64,000 nucleotides of DNA from Candidatus Eiseniibacteriota bacterium (GTDB taxonomy: Bacteria > Eisenbacteria > RBG-16-71-46). The translations under genes were made by a program, and so were the position numbers. The notes under the pieces were generated by a model, which worked only from the letters and a program-made list of their open reading frames with translations, was not told the origin of the DNA and did not search any database. Where the stretch lies: assembly GCA_963707915.1 (NCBI GenBank), contig OY970178.1, forward strand, positions 416,001-480,000, read 5' to 3'. How positions within the stretch are numbered: position 1 is the first letter of the stretch; every line of letters starts with the position of its first letter. This document shows, piece by piece, positions 22,101-32,342 of the stretch.

Positions 22101-23338
22101 CCTATTTCGGGCACTCCGCGGCCTCGGCGGGTGACGTGAACGGCGACGGCTACTCCGACGTGATCGTCGGCGCCTACGGCTACGATGGCGATCAGGTGGC
22201 CGAGGGGCGCGCGTTTGTCTACCACGGCTCCGCCGTGGGAGTCGGCGCCGCCCCCGCCTGGACCGCGGAAAGCAACCAGTCGGCCTCGCAATTCGGCATC
22301 TCCGTCTCGTCGGCAGGAGACGTGAACGGGGACGGCTACAGCGACATCGTGGTGGGCGCTCCCGGTTACCAGACCGGCGGCGTGTCCACGGGAAGCGCCT
22401 TCATCTGGCTCGGAGGCTCCAGCGGGCTGGGCGCGAACGGTTCGCCGCTCAACGCCGACTGGAACGACAACGGCGCCCAGTTGGGCGTCCAGGGCATGAG
22501 CTTCGGTGACGCGGTCGCATGCGCGGGCGACGTGGACGGCGACGGCTTCAGCGACGTCATCATCGGCGCGCCATACGCCGACGACGGCGAAGTGGATGAG
22601 GGCGCCGCGTTCGTGTTCTACGGGAACCTCGGTCACGGCATGGACCGCGCGGTGCAGCAGCGGCGCCACGACGACGCCAGCCGTGTCGGCCTGCAGAACT
22701 TCTCGAGCTCGGAGACGGCGTTCCGCATCCGCTCGCTCGCGCGCAGTGCCGGCGGCCGGGCGCACGTCCGGCTCGAGTACGAACTCCGCTCGCTCGGGGG
22801 GCCGTTCGAGCCGGGCAACGCCGGGCGAAGCCCGGCATGGAGCTCGACCGGGGTCCCGGGCGCGCGGGGGAGCGTGATCGCGCTGGACGACTACGTCGGG
22901 CTGCCGGAGGGGGGGGGTGTGATCCGCTGGCGCACGCGCGTGGTGACCGATTCTCCGCTATTCCCGCACGGCCCGTGGCTCTCGATCCCCGGCAATGGCC
23001 GTACGGAGGGCGACATCCGGCTGTTGAACGGCGTGCTGGCCGTCGGTCCACTCGCCGCCGGGGAGCTGTCGTTCGCGCTCGCCGGTCCGAACCCGTTCCG
23101 CGACCGTCTCGCGCTGTGCTTTGTCCTGCCCGCGCCCAGCCATGTACGGCTCGAAGTGTTCGATGCCGGCGGCCGCAGAGTGACCACGCTGGTGAACGGT
23201 GCGCTGCCGGCGGGAGTGCACGCAGCGGCCTGGAACGGACGAGACGACGCCGGGCATCCGTCGCCCACCGGGATCTACTTTGCGAGGCTCACCGCGGGTT
23301 CGGTTTCGCGCACGTTGAAGACGATTCGCGTCAGCTAG
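19175..23338 (+). CDS. Large secreted FG-GAP (integrin-alpha-like) repeat protein with FlgD-Ig C-terminus
   Basis: 14 AGDVNGDGxxD...GAP-type repeats; N-terminal EWY..GVEQGF..YPVTIDP domain; GAGGAG RBS before ATG 19175. Confidence 0.9.
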   Translation: MSEIHLGISGRRCALGLFLLLSLGVVFVGIQAWSRDRHHGRPRSSPLPGGRAIPASWWAQVQQRIAAEEYNATPQAGLLQAPNRAQGFRTIFTSEGIEVVPRVGAAEWRLRWRTVSWGREGALATVATVPPRAQEARVEYERGPLVEWYENRPEGVEQGFTISGRPRGEGGVRIRGRFKAEGFELQPAANERGLTLRNRVDAAVLTYAGLVARDARGIELPSRLDLRGSDVELVVDDRSARYPVTIDPLLSAPSWTHEGDLANAQYGFSVATAGDVNADGFSDLLVGAPGYDNGALKSLGRAFLYLGAVDGPSVVADWSAQAGFLGGPGAFGESVASAGDVNGDGYSDVMIGAPQISNGPEASEGHVYLWLGGPSGGAGGASGMGANGTAANADWFAQADLHDARLGYSIAFTGDLNGDGYDDVALGAPGYSNGEASEGMVFVWFGAATGLGANGTPANADWSAQGNAANIAFGHSVAGAGDVNADGYADLLVGAPLANFAFLYLGSATGLGAPGTPLNADWSANGTQAGAQLGYSVATAGDVNADGYSDVIIGAPYYDDPTLDEGKAFVWLGGPSDLGANGNPANAAWSYRGGTNAARCGWSVATAGDVDGDGFADVVVGVPGYSGGQDSEGRVVAFRGSGSGLGTLSFWSYQSNQSGAQLGASVATAGDVNGDGFADIAVGAWLFHGDLSDEGQAAVFFGRAYGPETTASWIGEKNVAGARLGERVAAAGDVNGDGYSDVLVAAPYYDGGNADEGRVYLFVGQPTGLALNHSWSAEGNQTSAFLGGGIGAAGDVDNDGYDDVLIGAPLYDSGGMQDNGAVFLWRGGPAGLGVDGTPANASWRQDGTQSGEYLGLSVSGAGDVNGDGFADVVVGGYGWSNGQAGEGHALLFLGASTGLAAAPAWSAEGNQAGMRFGYTVASAGDVNADGFGDVIVGAPEYSGGQASEGRAYVFLGVQGGLAVVAQWTAEGNVAQAYFGHSAASAGDVNGDGYSDVIVGAYGYDGDQVAEGRAFVYHGSAVGVGAAPAWTAESNQSASQFGISVSSAGDVNGDGYSDIVVGAPGYQTGGVSTGSAFIWLGGSSGLGANGSPLNADWNDNGAQLGVQGMSFGDAVACAGDVDGDGFSDVIIGAPYADDGEVDEGAAFVFYGNLGHGMDRAVQQRRHDDASRVGLQNFSSSETAFRIRSLARSAGGRAHVRLEYELRSLGGPFEPGNAGRSPAWSSTGVPGARGSVIALDDYVGLPEGGGVIRWRTRVVTDSPLFPHGPWLSIPGNGRTEGDIRLLNGVLAVGPLAAGELSFALAGPNPFRDRLALCFVLPAPSHVRLEVFDAGGRRVTTLVNGALPAGVHAAAWNGRDDAGHPSPTGIYFARLTAGSVSRTLKTIRVS

Positions 23339-23700
23339 GAGCCGGTCCGAGCGCTCGCAAGCGCGGCGCGCATGATCCGAGGATCCGGATGGTGCGCGCC
23401 GATCTTCATTCCGGCTCGTCGGGGAGCGAGTCGGAGGCGGTGCGGGCAGCGGGCGAACTCGCCGTGCGCCGCGGTGGGCGCAGGCGAGCCGCCATTCATG
23501 CGGGCCTCCACGCGACCTTGAGCTTCAGCAGGTTCGTGCACCGTGCAGACCAGCGACCACTCCTGACCGACCCGCTCCACGCCGCGCCACGATCACCTGC
23601 GCCCGATCGTCCAGCGACGCCTTCGCCGCCATCCGCCGCGGCCCGTACGTCACCGTGCGGTACGCGTTCAACAGCAGCGTCACCATCAGCCAGCGCGGCG
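23339..23700 (-). mobile_element. Internally deleted, degenerate IS1182-family remnant
   Basis: Minus strand gives LMVTLLLNAYR...RRMA (N-terminal-like) joined to RGVERVGQEWSLVCTVH/NLLKL (C-terminal motif, 1-nt shift). End GAGCCGGTCCGA lies next to CTAG at 23335-23338. Confidence 0.6.
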
Positions 23701-23827
23701 CTCGCGACGGAACCGCGAATGACATATAGTCGAGTGTGGCGGTGAGGGCCGTCGCCGCCGACTGGGCATCCCCCGGTGGCCGAACCGACTGCAGTCGTCG
23801 CGCCTTCGGAGCGATGCGAACAGTGGA

Positions 23828-26719
23828 GTGTCGGCCGTGCGCCTGGTCGTAGAGCTCGGACTGCTGCTGCTATCGGGTGCCACGTGTCTGCCGCGTGCGA
23901 CCCTCGCGGTCGCGGCGCCCGCCGCGGTGGCCGAAGCGGACTCGCTCGCCCGCGGAGGCCATGTGCCTGCCGCGCTCGCCACACTCGATCGCCTCCTGCG
24001 TCAGCTGCACCCGCCGGCCGATGCGCCCACGCGCCGCCGGGCCTTGCTCCTGGAGGCGCGCCTGCTGGCGCTCAGCGGGCATTCCGGGGCGGCCGAGGCC
24101 GCGGCGCGCGAGGCGCTTGCGGGCGCCGAGGCCACGGGCGACTCGGCCCAGCTCGGCGAGGCGCTGCGCTGGATGGCCTATGGCGCCGGCGCGCAGGGCC
24201 GGGTCGCCGACGCGGCCGCGCTCTGGTCTCGACTCCTGAACGTGGCGCGGGCGCGCGGGGACCGCGAGCGAGTGGGCTACGCCCATTATGGGCTGGGCTA
24301 CGCCGCCCAGATTGCCCGGGACCTGCCGCGGGCGCGTCGCGAGTACGCGCACGCGGCGGAGGTGTTCCGCGCGCTGGAGCTGGCGCCCTTCGACCAATGG
24401 GCCCTGGCGGCCCACGCCAGCGCCTGTGCTTCGCTCGGAGATTTCGGCGCCGCCCGCGCCGGCTACCGCGAGGCGATCGCGCTGGGCCGGCGGCGCGGGG
24501 ATGCGATGGGCGAGGGGAGGGCGCTCAACGATCTCGGCGCGCTCGAGTTCGAGTTCGGAGATCCGGCGTTGGCGCTCGGGCTCTACGAGCGGGCGCTGGT
24601 CGTCGCTCGTGGCCGCGGCGATGCGGCCGGCGCTCTCACTCCGCTGCGCAATGTCGCTGTGGCGCTCACATACCTCGGCCACCTCGACGATGCCGCCGCG
24701 CGGATCGAAGAGGGTCTCGGGACGAGCGGCCGGCTCGGACTGGCGGTGCAGACCTCCGAGCTGCTGGAGCAGCTGGCGTACGTCCGCGGCCAGCAGGTGC
24801 GCCTGCACGAGGCCACCCGGCTGTTCCGTCGCTGCATCGCTCTGGACGACTCGCTGGGACGGCAGGACAACGCCGAGCCGGTGCTCGGTTTGGCGGCCTG
24901 CCTCGGGGTGATGGACAGCACCGACGCCGCGCTCGAACTGCTTCGCACCCGTCTCGAGCCTCGGCGCGGGGAGCTCGGCGAGTACGATCGGCTGAAGCTC
25001 GACCGGCAGTGGGCGGAGCGGCTGGAGGAAGCCGGACGCTACCCCGAGGCGCTGGCCCATTCCCGCGCCGTGGAGCGGGCGGCGCAGCGGCTCGGGGTCG
25101 CGAGCATTCAGTTCTCGGAGCGCACGACGGCGGCGCGATGCGAACGGGCGCTTGGCAGGCCGGACCGAGCGCTCGCTCAGCTTCGGCGCGGGGCGCGCGA
25201 TTGGGAGGAATTGCGCACCACCCAGCGCGAGCCCGAGTGGCGCGAGCGCCTCGGCGACGAGCGCCGCGAGCTGTACACCGAGCTGGCCGACCTGCTGATC
25301 GAGTACCCGGCCGAACTCCCGGCCGGGGAGCGGATACGACGCGCGCTCGAGGCCGTTCAACGATTCAAGGCGCGCACGCTCTACGAACGGGCGCGCGGGC
25401 CGGCGGCAGCACCTCTGCCACCGGCAGCGTACGAAGCGGTTGGCTTGCGCGAACTGCAGACCGCTGTGCTTCGACCGGGCGAGGCGCTGGTGGATGCCTA
25501 CATCGGCCGCCGGTTGGGCATCGTCTTCATCGTCACGCGCGATACCTGCCTGGCGCGGCGGGTGCCGATCGCCGCCAGTGGTCTGGGGATGCGGCTGCGG
25601 CGGTTCCGGGAGTACCTGGCCACCCCGCCTGCCGGCGCCGGGCTCGACGGCGCGGCGCCCGGGTCCGCCGCATCGCACTCGCTCCTCACGCCCGCTGCGA
25701 AAGCGCGGCGGACGATGCTGGCCAGCGCCGCTCGCGGGATACGCCGCGAGTTGTTCGGGGATGATGCACCATGGCTCGCGCGCCAGCGTCGGCTGCTGTT
25801 CTGCCTCGACGGTCCGCTCACGGCGATTCCGCCGGGTGTGTTGATCCCGGGGAGCCCGGAGGCCGGTCCGCTCATTGGGAGCCCCGAGGTGGTGGTCGTG
25901 CCCTCGGCAACGTTGCTCGCCGAGTCGCGGCGATCTGCCACGGGCCCGCTTGTGCGCAAGCCCGGTGCCCTGCTGTTACTGGCATCGGGCTCGGGTCCAG
26001 GGCGCACCGTCCTGCGCGGCGCCGAACGCGAGGCGCGCTGGTTGGCCGGGCGATTCACGACCATCGCATCCGAGAGCCTGGCCCGCATCGCGAAGGGCCC
26101 GGATTCCGCTCCGCCCCGCTGGTTGCGCGGGTGCGCGGCGCTCCACGTGGCCGCCCACACGGAGCTCGATGACCAGCGTCCATGGCGGTCGGGTATCCGG
26201 CTCCCCGGGGTCGCGGATGCGTCCGGGGATTCGCTGCTGCGTGCCGGACGCATCGCGCTGCTGCGGCTTCCGGTCGGGCTTGCGGTGTTGTCCGCATGCG
26301 AGACGGCCGGTCAGCGCGCGCCATCCGGCGAGGGCATGCTCGGGCTTTCCAGCGGCTTCCTCGCTTCCGGCATCCCCGCGGTCGTCGCCAGCCTGTGGCC
26401 GGTCAGCGATCTTGCGACCGCCCAGCTCATGGAAGTCTTCTACGATGGACTCGACCGCGGCCTGAGTGTGGCCGCGGCGCTGCGCCGGGCGCAGCTCGCG
26501 CTGGCCGGTCGCGACCCGACCCGGGACCCGTTCTACTGGGCGGGCTTCGTCGTGATCGGCGAGGGTGACGCCCGCGCCGTGCTGCGACGCCGCCGGATCC
26601 CATCGCCGGCCAACGCGGCGGCAGCGCTTGTCCTTGCGCTGGGGGGGATTGCGGCCGTGCGCGGATGGCGAAGGCGGACGCGTGTGACGGGGCGTGTCGC
26701 TGGGACTCCAATGCTATGA
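23828..26719 (+). CDS. TPR-CHAT (caspase-like) protease with signal peptide and C-terminal TM anchor
   Basis: TPR helices, KARTL, LHVAAH and VLSACETA dyad, GEG, VVASLWPVSD, PFYWAGF; hydrophobic N- and C-termini. Confidence 0.9.
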   Translation: MSAVRLVVELGLLLLSGATCLPRATLAVAAPAAVAEADSLARGGHVPAALATLDRLLRQLHPPADAPTRRRALLLEARLLALSGHSGAAEAAAREALAGAEATGDSAQLGEALRWMAYGAGAQGRVADAAALWSRLLNVARARGDRERVGYAHYGLGYAAQIARDLPRARREYAHAAEVFRALELAPFDQWALAAHASACASLGDFGAARAGYREAIALGRRRGDAMGEGRALNDLGALEFEFGDPALALGLYERALVVARGRGDAAGALTPLRNVAVALTYLGHLDDAAARIEEGLGTSGRLGLAVQTSELLEQLAYVRGQQVRLHEATRLFRRCIALDDSLGRQDNAEPVLGLAACLGVMDSTDAALELLRTRLEPRRGELGEYDRLKLDRQWAERLEEAGRYPEALAHSRAVERAAQRLGVASIQFSERTTAARCERALGRPDRALAQLRRGARDWEELRTTQREPEWRERLGDERRELYTELADLLIEYPAELPAGERIRRALEAVQRFKARTLYERARGPAAAPLPPAAYEAVGLRELQTAVLRPGEALVDAYIGRRLGIVFIVTRDTCLARRVPIAASGLGMRLRRFREYLATPPAGAGLDGAAPGSAASHSLLTPAAKARRTMLASAARGIRRELFGDDAPWLARQRRLLFCLDGPLTAIPPGVLIPGSPEAGPLIGSPEVVVVPSATLLAESRRSATGPLVRKPGALLLLASGSGPGRTVLRGAEREARWLAGRFTTIASESLARIAKGPDSAPPRWLRGCAALHVAAHTELDDQRPWRSGIRLPGVADASGDSLLRAGRIALLRLPVGLAVLSACETAGQRAPSGEGMLGLSSGFLASGIPAVVASLWPVSDLATAQLMEVFYDGLDRGLSVAAALRRAQLALAGRDPTRDPFYWAGFVVIGEGDARAVLRRRRIPSPANAAAALVLALGGIAAVRGWRRRTRVTGRVAGTPML

Positions 26720-27306
26720 CTGGACCGGAATCACGACAGGTCCCCGATGCAGAGCTGGTGCGTCTTGCGCAGGCCGAACGGGGCCACGCGCGGGGACGCG
26801 CGGCGGCCGAGCAGCTCTTCGGTCGCTATCATGGGCGGGTCTTCGCGTGGTGCCTGAGGCGGGTGCGAAATCGGGACGAAGCCTACGACCTGGCGCAGGA
26901 CGTGATGTTGAATGCCTACAGGGCGCTGCCGGCCTTTGCCGGCGAGTCGAGCTTCTCGACCTGGCTCTACGTGATCGCGCGCAATCGTTGTGGGCGTGCG
27001 ATGAGGAGGATGAGCTTGGTGCGCGACGAGGCGCAGGAGCCGGACGCCCTGCCTTCCAGCGGAGCCTCTCCCGATGACGAGGTGTCGGGGCGATTGGAGC
27101 AGGAGGCCGTGCTCGACCTGATGCGCCGGCACCTCGAGCCGCGGGAGCAGATCGCACTCTGGCTGCGCTGCTACGAGGGGATGGACGTGGCGCAGATCAC
27201 TGAAGCACTCGGTATTGCCACGGCCTCGGGCGCACGTGGCATGTTGCAGACGGCGCGACGCAAGCTGCGCGCGGCGCGCGAGCACCCGTCCACGCAAGGG
27301 GAATGA
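26716..27306 (+). CDS. ECF RNA polymerase sigma factor
   Basis: DLAQDV, FAGESSFSTWLYVIARN, region-4 HTH; ATGA overlap with the CHAT gene. Confidence 0.9.
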   Translation: MTGPESRQVPDAELVRLAQAERGHARGRAAAEQLFGRYHGRVFAWCLRRVRNRDEAYDLAQDVMLNAYRALPAFAGESSFSTWLYVIARNRCGRAMRRMSLVRDEAQEPDALPSSGASPDDEVSGRLEQEAVLDLMRRHLEPREQIALWLRCYEGMDVAQITEALGIATASGARGMLQTARRKLRAAREHPSTQGE

Positions 27307-27310
27307 CGCC

Positions 27311-28036
27311 ATGGACGACCGCTGTCCTTCCGATCCGGAATTCGCGGCAATGATCGAGCTTCCCGAGGGCGATACCGGACGCGCTCACGTGGAACGCTGT
27401 CCGCGCTGTCAGGCGCGCCTGATCGACCTGAACGCATTCCTTCGGCCCGCCACAGAAGCGGAGATCCCCGGACTCGCGTCCGTCGAACGGCGGATGGCAG
27501 CCGCGCTCGAAGCCGAGATGGAACGGGACGCGGCGTCCGCGGCCCCGCGTCCCGTCCCATCCGGGCCCGCCGATACGGCTTCAGCGCGGCCGACCCGCAC
27601 CGGGGCGCTCGTGCACCTCTGGAACCGGCCGGCCTGGGTGATGGCTGCCGCTGCTGCCGCGCTCGTGATGGTCGCCGGAGTGTTCGCGCTGTGGCCGCAT
27701 GCGCCGGGCGGCGATGCACTGAGAGGGACCTCGGGTCCCGGCAACGCCGCGAACCGTCAGGTGCACGTGTTCCCGGCCCGCATCGAGGGCGCGCGGGCCA
27801 TCCTGCGCTGGAGGGCGGTCCCCGGTGCCGACTCGTACCTGGTGAGCCTGTTCGGCTCCGACCTGGCCGAACGTGGGCGGCTCGGCCCGCTGGCCGGTAC
27901 GGCGATCGGACTTCCGCTCGACACGCTTGCCGCCGGGGGCGGACCGGCCGGACCGCTGGTGTGGCAGGTCATCGCGCTGAGAGCCGGGGACGAACTCGCA
28001 CGCTCGGCGCTGCAGACGGCGCTGCCAGAACGCTAG
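27311..28036 (+). CDS. Putative zinc-binding transmembrane anti-sigma factor
   Basis: HVERCPRC (HxxxCxxC), one TM helix, then a C-terminal extracytoplasmic domain starting DALRG. Confidence 0.8.
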   Translation: MDDRCPSDPEFAAMIELPEGDTGRAHVERCPRCQARLIDLNAFLRPATEAEIPGLASVERRMAAALEAEMERDAASAAPRPVPSGPADTASARPTRTGALVHLWNRPAWVMAAAAAALVMVAGVFALWPHAPGGDALRGTSGPGNAANRQVHVFPARIEGARAILRWRAVPGADSYLVSLFGSDLAERGRLGPLAGTAIGLPLDTLAAGGGPAGPLVWQVIALRAGDELARSALQTALPER

Positions 28037-28412
28037 TGAACAAGACTCTCTTGGGCACACTTGGCATGATGGCCCCCGGTTGGACGGTGCCCGAGTTGGC
28101 GGGCGCTCGTGGCTCCATGGGGTGCGGCTGCCCCGCCTGCCCCGATCAGGCGCCGGACCGCCGTATCAGGGAAGCGTGCGGGCCGTGGCCTCGCTCCAGG
28201 CGGCGATCGGAGCCGCAGTCTGAGCGCGGAGCAGCGCGCCGGGATGCTCCCGTTCCATGCTTTCGGGACAGGGACGCTCCATCTGGCGCTCCGCTCGCGG
28301 TCCCGGCGCCGCGATCCCGTGCCGGCGTGGCTGGGATTTGCCGGGCCGGGAGAGTCGGTCCTGGAGTAGAATAGAGGTCCCAACGAAGCCCTCTGACCCG
28401 GGAGGTCGCGCC

Positions 28413-29873
28413 ATGCGCAAGGCTGGAACGTTCCTTCTCGTCTGTGCCGGGATTCTGTGCCTGCTGCACGAGACCGTCGACGCGCAAGTGCCGCCTGCTC
28501 CCCGAGGCGCAGAGCAACCAATGCTGGCTTCGCTGGATTGGCGCAACGTCGGCGGACACAACTATGTCAGCGGCGTTCGCGACCAGGGACAGTGCGGCTC
28601 CGACTGGGCCTTCGTGACGGTCAGCATGCTCGAGTCGGCGCTGATGATCCGGCTCGGACTGCCCGACGTCGACCTGGACTACTCCGAACAGCGCCTCCTT
28701 TCCTGCGGCATTCCCTATAGCGGCTGTAATGGCGGCCAACCGTCCGGTGCTCTGAACTACCTTCGGGACACCGGCACGCCGCGCGAGACGTGCTTCCCGT
28801 ACCAGGCGAATGACCAGGTGCCCTGCAGTGCGGCTTGCGCGGACGCCGCGAACCAGATCCGGCGTCTGCAGAGCTGGCGGTGGGTCGGCGGGTACACGGG
28901 AGCGCCCATCGATTCCCTGAAGGCGGCGCTCGCTTACGGGCCGATCGGGGTCTGGATGGACGTCTACGACGACTTCTACCACTACGCGGGCGGAGTCTAT
29001 TGGCATGTTCCGGGAGGAAGCCCCGTGGGTAGCCACTATGTCCTCGTCATCGGCTATGACGACGCCCAGCAGTACTGGATCGTGAAGAACAGCTGGGATA
29101 CCTGGTGGGGCGACCAGGGCTTCTTCCGCATCGCGTATGTGAACAATTGCAGGTTCGGGGACTGGGCGACGGCATGCACGGCGGCGATTCCCCCGATCAA
29201 CTGGTGCAACCTGCAGTGGCCGCCGGCGTTGAACGCGACCGCCGGTGTGGCGAGCGACCTGGTCTTCGGGCAGCTGTGGATCGATGTCGTGACGAGTCAC
29301 CCGGGCGCGACGCCCGAACTCGTGGCCGAACTGGGCTACGGACCGGACGGGAGCGATCCGTCCGCGGACCCGGCCGGATGGCAGTGGACGCCGGCCGCGT
29401 ACAACCTCGACGTCGGCGCCAACGACGAGTTCATGGCCAGGGTCACCGTGGCCACGCCCGGGGAGTACGACTACTGCTACCGTTACTCGTACTTCGGCGG
29501 ACCGTGGCGGTACGCCGACCTGGACGGCACCAACAACGGTTACTCGCCGGCCCAGGCCGGGGCGCTCACCGTGACCTCGGCGAGTGCGGCGGAGGACGGA
29601 CTTCCGGCACAGCTGTCGTTCGCGCTGCAGGGCGGAAACCCGTTCGTCGGATCCGCGCGATTCCGCCTCGGACTGCCGCAGCGGACCAGGGTCGAGCTCT
29701 CGATCCACGACGTGACCGGCCGGCGCCTGGCGACACTGGCGTCGGGCGAACTCGACGCCGGCTATCACACGCTGACCTGGGAGGGCGAAGGCACGGTGCA
29801 GGCGGGAGCGTACTTCGCCCGGCTCCACGCCGACGGCAGATCGTTCACACGGAAACTCACGGTGCTGCGTTAG
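28413..29873 (+). CDS. Secreted papain-fold (C1) protein with catalytic Cys replaced by Asp, a central beta-domain and a T9SS-type C-terminus
   Basis: LDWRN, DQGQCGSDWAF, GSHYVLVIGY, WIVKNSW; NWCNLQWP...GYGP...NDEF domain; GNPF...DVTGRR...GAYF. Confidence 0.85.
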   Translation: MRKAGTFLLVCAGILCLLHETVDAQVPPAPRGAEQPMLASLDWRNVGGHNYVSGVRDQGQCGSDWAFVTVSMLESALMIRLGLPDVDLDYSEQRLLSCGIPYSGCNGGQPSGALNYLRDTGTPRETCFPYQANDQVPCSAACADAANQIRRLQSWRWVGGYTGAPIDSLKAALAYGPIGVWMDVYDDFYHYAGGVYWHVPGGSPVGSHYVLVIGYDDAQQYWIVKNSWDTWWGDQGFFRIAYVNNCRFGDWATACTAAIPPINWCNLQWPPALNATAGVASDLVFGQLWIDVVTSHPGATPELVAELGYGPDGSDPSADPAGWQWTPAAYNLDVGANDEFMARVTVATPGEYDYCYRYSYFGGPWRYADLDGTNNGYSPAQAGALTVTSASAAEDGLPAQLSFALQGGNPFVGSARFRLGLPQRTRVELSIHDVTGRRLATLASGELDAGYHTLTWEGEGTVQAGAYFARLHADGRSFTRKLTVLR

Positions 29874-29965
29874 GCCGCGCGGAAGTCCGACGTCGATCGC
29901 CACATCGGGGCGGCCGCCTCGTCCTGGCAGCGGACGGGAGAGACGCGGGGGGTTCTGCGAGCGCC

Positions 29966-29994
29966 TGCGGTTGGCGTCGCCAACGGGATTCGAA
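29966..29994. repeat. att-like direct repeat of tRNA-Glu 3' end
   Basis: TGCGGTTGGCGTCGCCAACGGGATTCGAA matches 41639-41667 at 28 of 29 positions. Confidence 0.9.
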
Positions 29995-30079
29995 TCGGAA
30001 CCACCGCTGGGACCAAATGTAAGCAAGGAGAACCAAGCGAATAGCACCAAGGACTTGGCTTCTCGCGGGGGAGGGGACT

Positions 30080-30466
30080 GTGACCCCTAGTGCCCCTTGG
30101 TGCGCACCCGTTCCCGCACAGTTCCCACACAGCGGACGAGAGATCGCACGACTTCCGTGGGCCCGCTGCGACTTCTGCGGGCGGTTGTTCCCGCTGGCCC
30201 GGTGGAACGGTCGCACCTGCCCAAGATGCACCAGGATCGGCGCTCCAGATCAATCCACGCTGCCTTGGCCGGAGTACCTCCGCCGAGCTCGTCGCTTCCT
30301 GCGGTCCACCGGCCGGCTCGCGCCTCTCGCCGGCACCGCTGCCCAGCTCGAGGCGCATGCGCTGGCGCGAGTGAGCGTCCATGGACCTCCATCACAGCGG
30401 CGAATCTCCCCCACGACGGGCGACCGCCCTCTGGCGAGGGTGTCGGGCTTCCCGGCTTCCCGGTAG
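30080..30466 (+). CDS. Possible small zinc-ribbon protein or remnant
   Basis: CDFCG...TCPRC pair; GGAGGGG upstream of GTG; otherwise weak support. Confidence 0.3.
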   Translation: MTPSAPWCAPVPAQFPHSGREIARLPWARCDFCGRLFPLARWNGRTCPRCTRIGAPDQSTLPWPEYLRRARRFLRSTGRLAPLAGTAAQLEAHALARVSVHGPPSQRRISPTTGDRPLARVSGFPASR

Positions 30467-31113
30467 GGCTCAGAACGGGGAATCGCACCAGGTCGATTCG
30501 GTGCTGCCAGGGGGAGGCCGGCTCATTGGCGAGCGGGGGGACCCCGGTCGGAGCGCGGGTCTAGGAGAGGGGGTCTCCGCACATTCGCGTTTCCTTCGCG
30601 GCCCCGGAGAAATGGGTCCCACTGGCAGGTGCCGTTCCGAATGGGCCCCCTGGTTTGAGTCCTGTGGATGGGACCCAGGGAGCGGTGGTCATCGGGACGG
30701 GGGCTTCTGCAAACCGCTGGCAGGCTCGCCCCGCCTTCGTGTGCGGCGGTCCTGAAATCGCGCTCCTGGTCCGTCCGATGACCGCAGTACGCTCCGGGTC
30801 GAGTACTTTGCTCCGCCTGCCCGAGCGTGACCGCATGGCGCGCTCCATGCGTAGTGGTGGGCTCTTCTTGCTCCGCAGCGAACTAATCGTAAGCTCCTCC
30901 GACGGTCGCCTGTCGCTTTCCACCTCCCCCGAGCCTGGGCCGCTGCCGGGTACCCCTTACCCGGAGGCTTGCCATGAACCGCACCAGGTCATTCTTCTTC
31001 GTCTGCGCGGGGTTGTTTGGCATCGCGCTCTTGCTGCCGCGCCCGGCGGCTGCGGCCTGGCCCACCGATCCTAGTGAACCGCGCCGGGTTCTCCGGAGAG
31101 CTCCGGACTTGAG

Positions 31114-32342
<1,229 letters not shown>

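Noticed and set aside
30975..30985. TGAACCGCACC resembling the nearby IS3 inverted repeat
   Set aside because: Short match within the gene's first codons; probably coincidental
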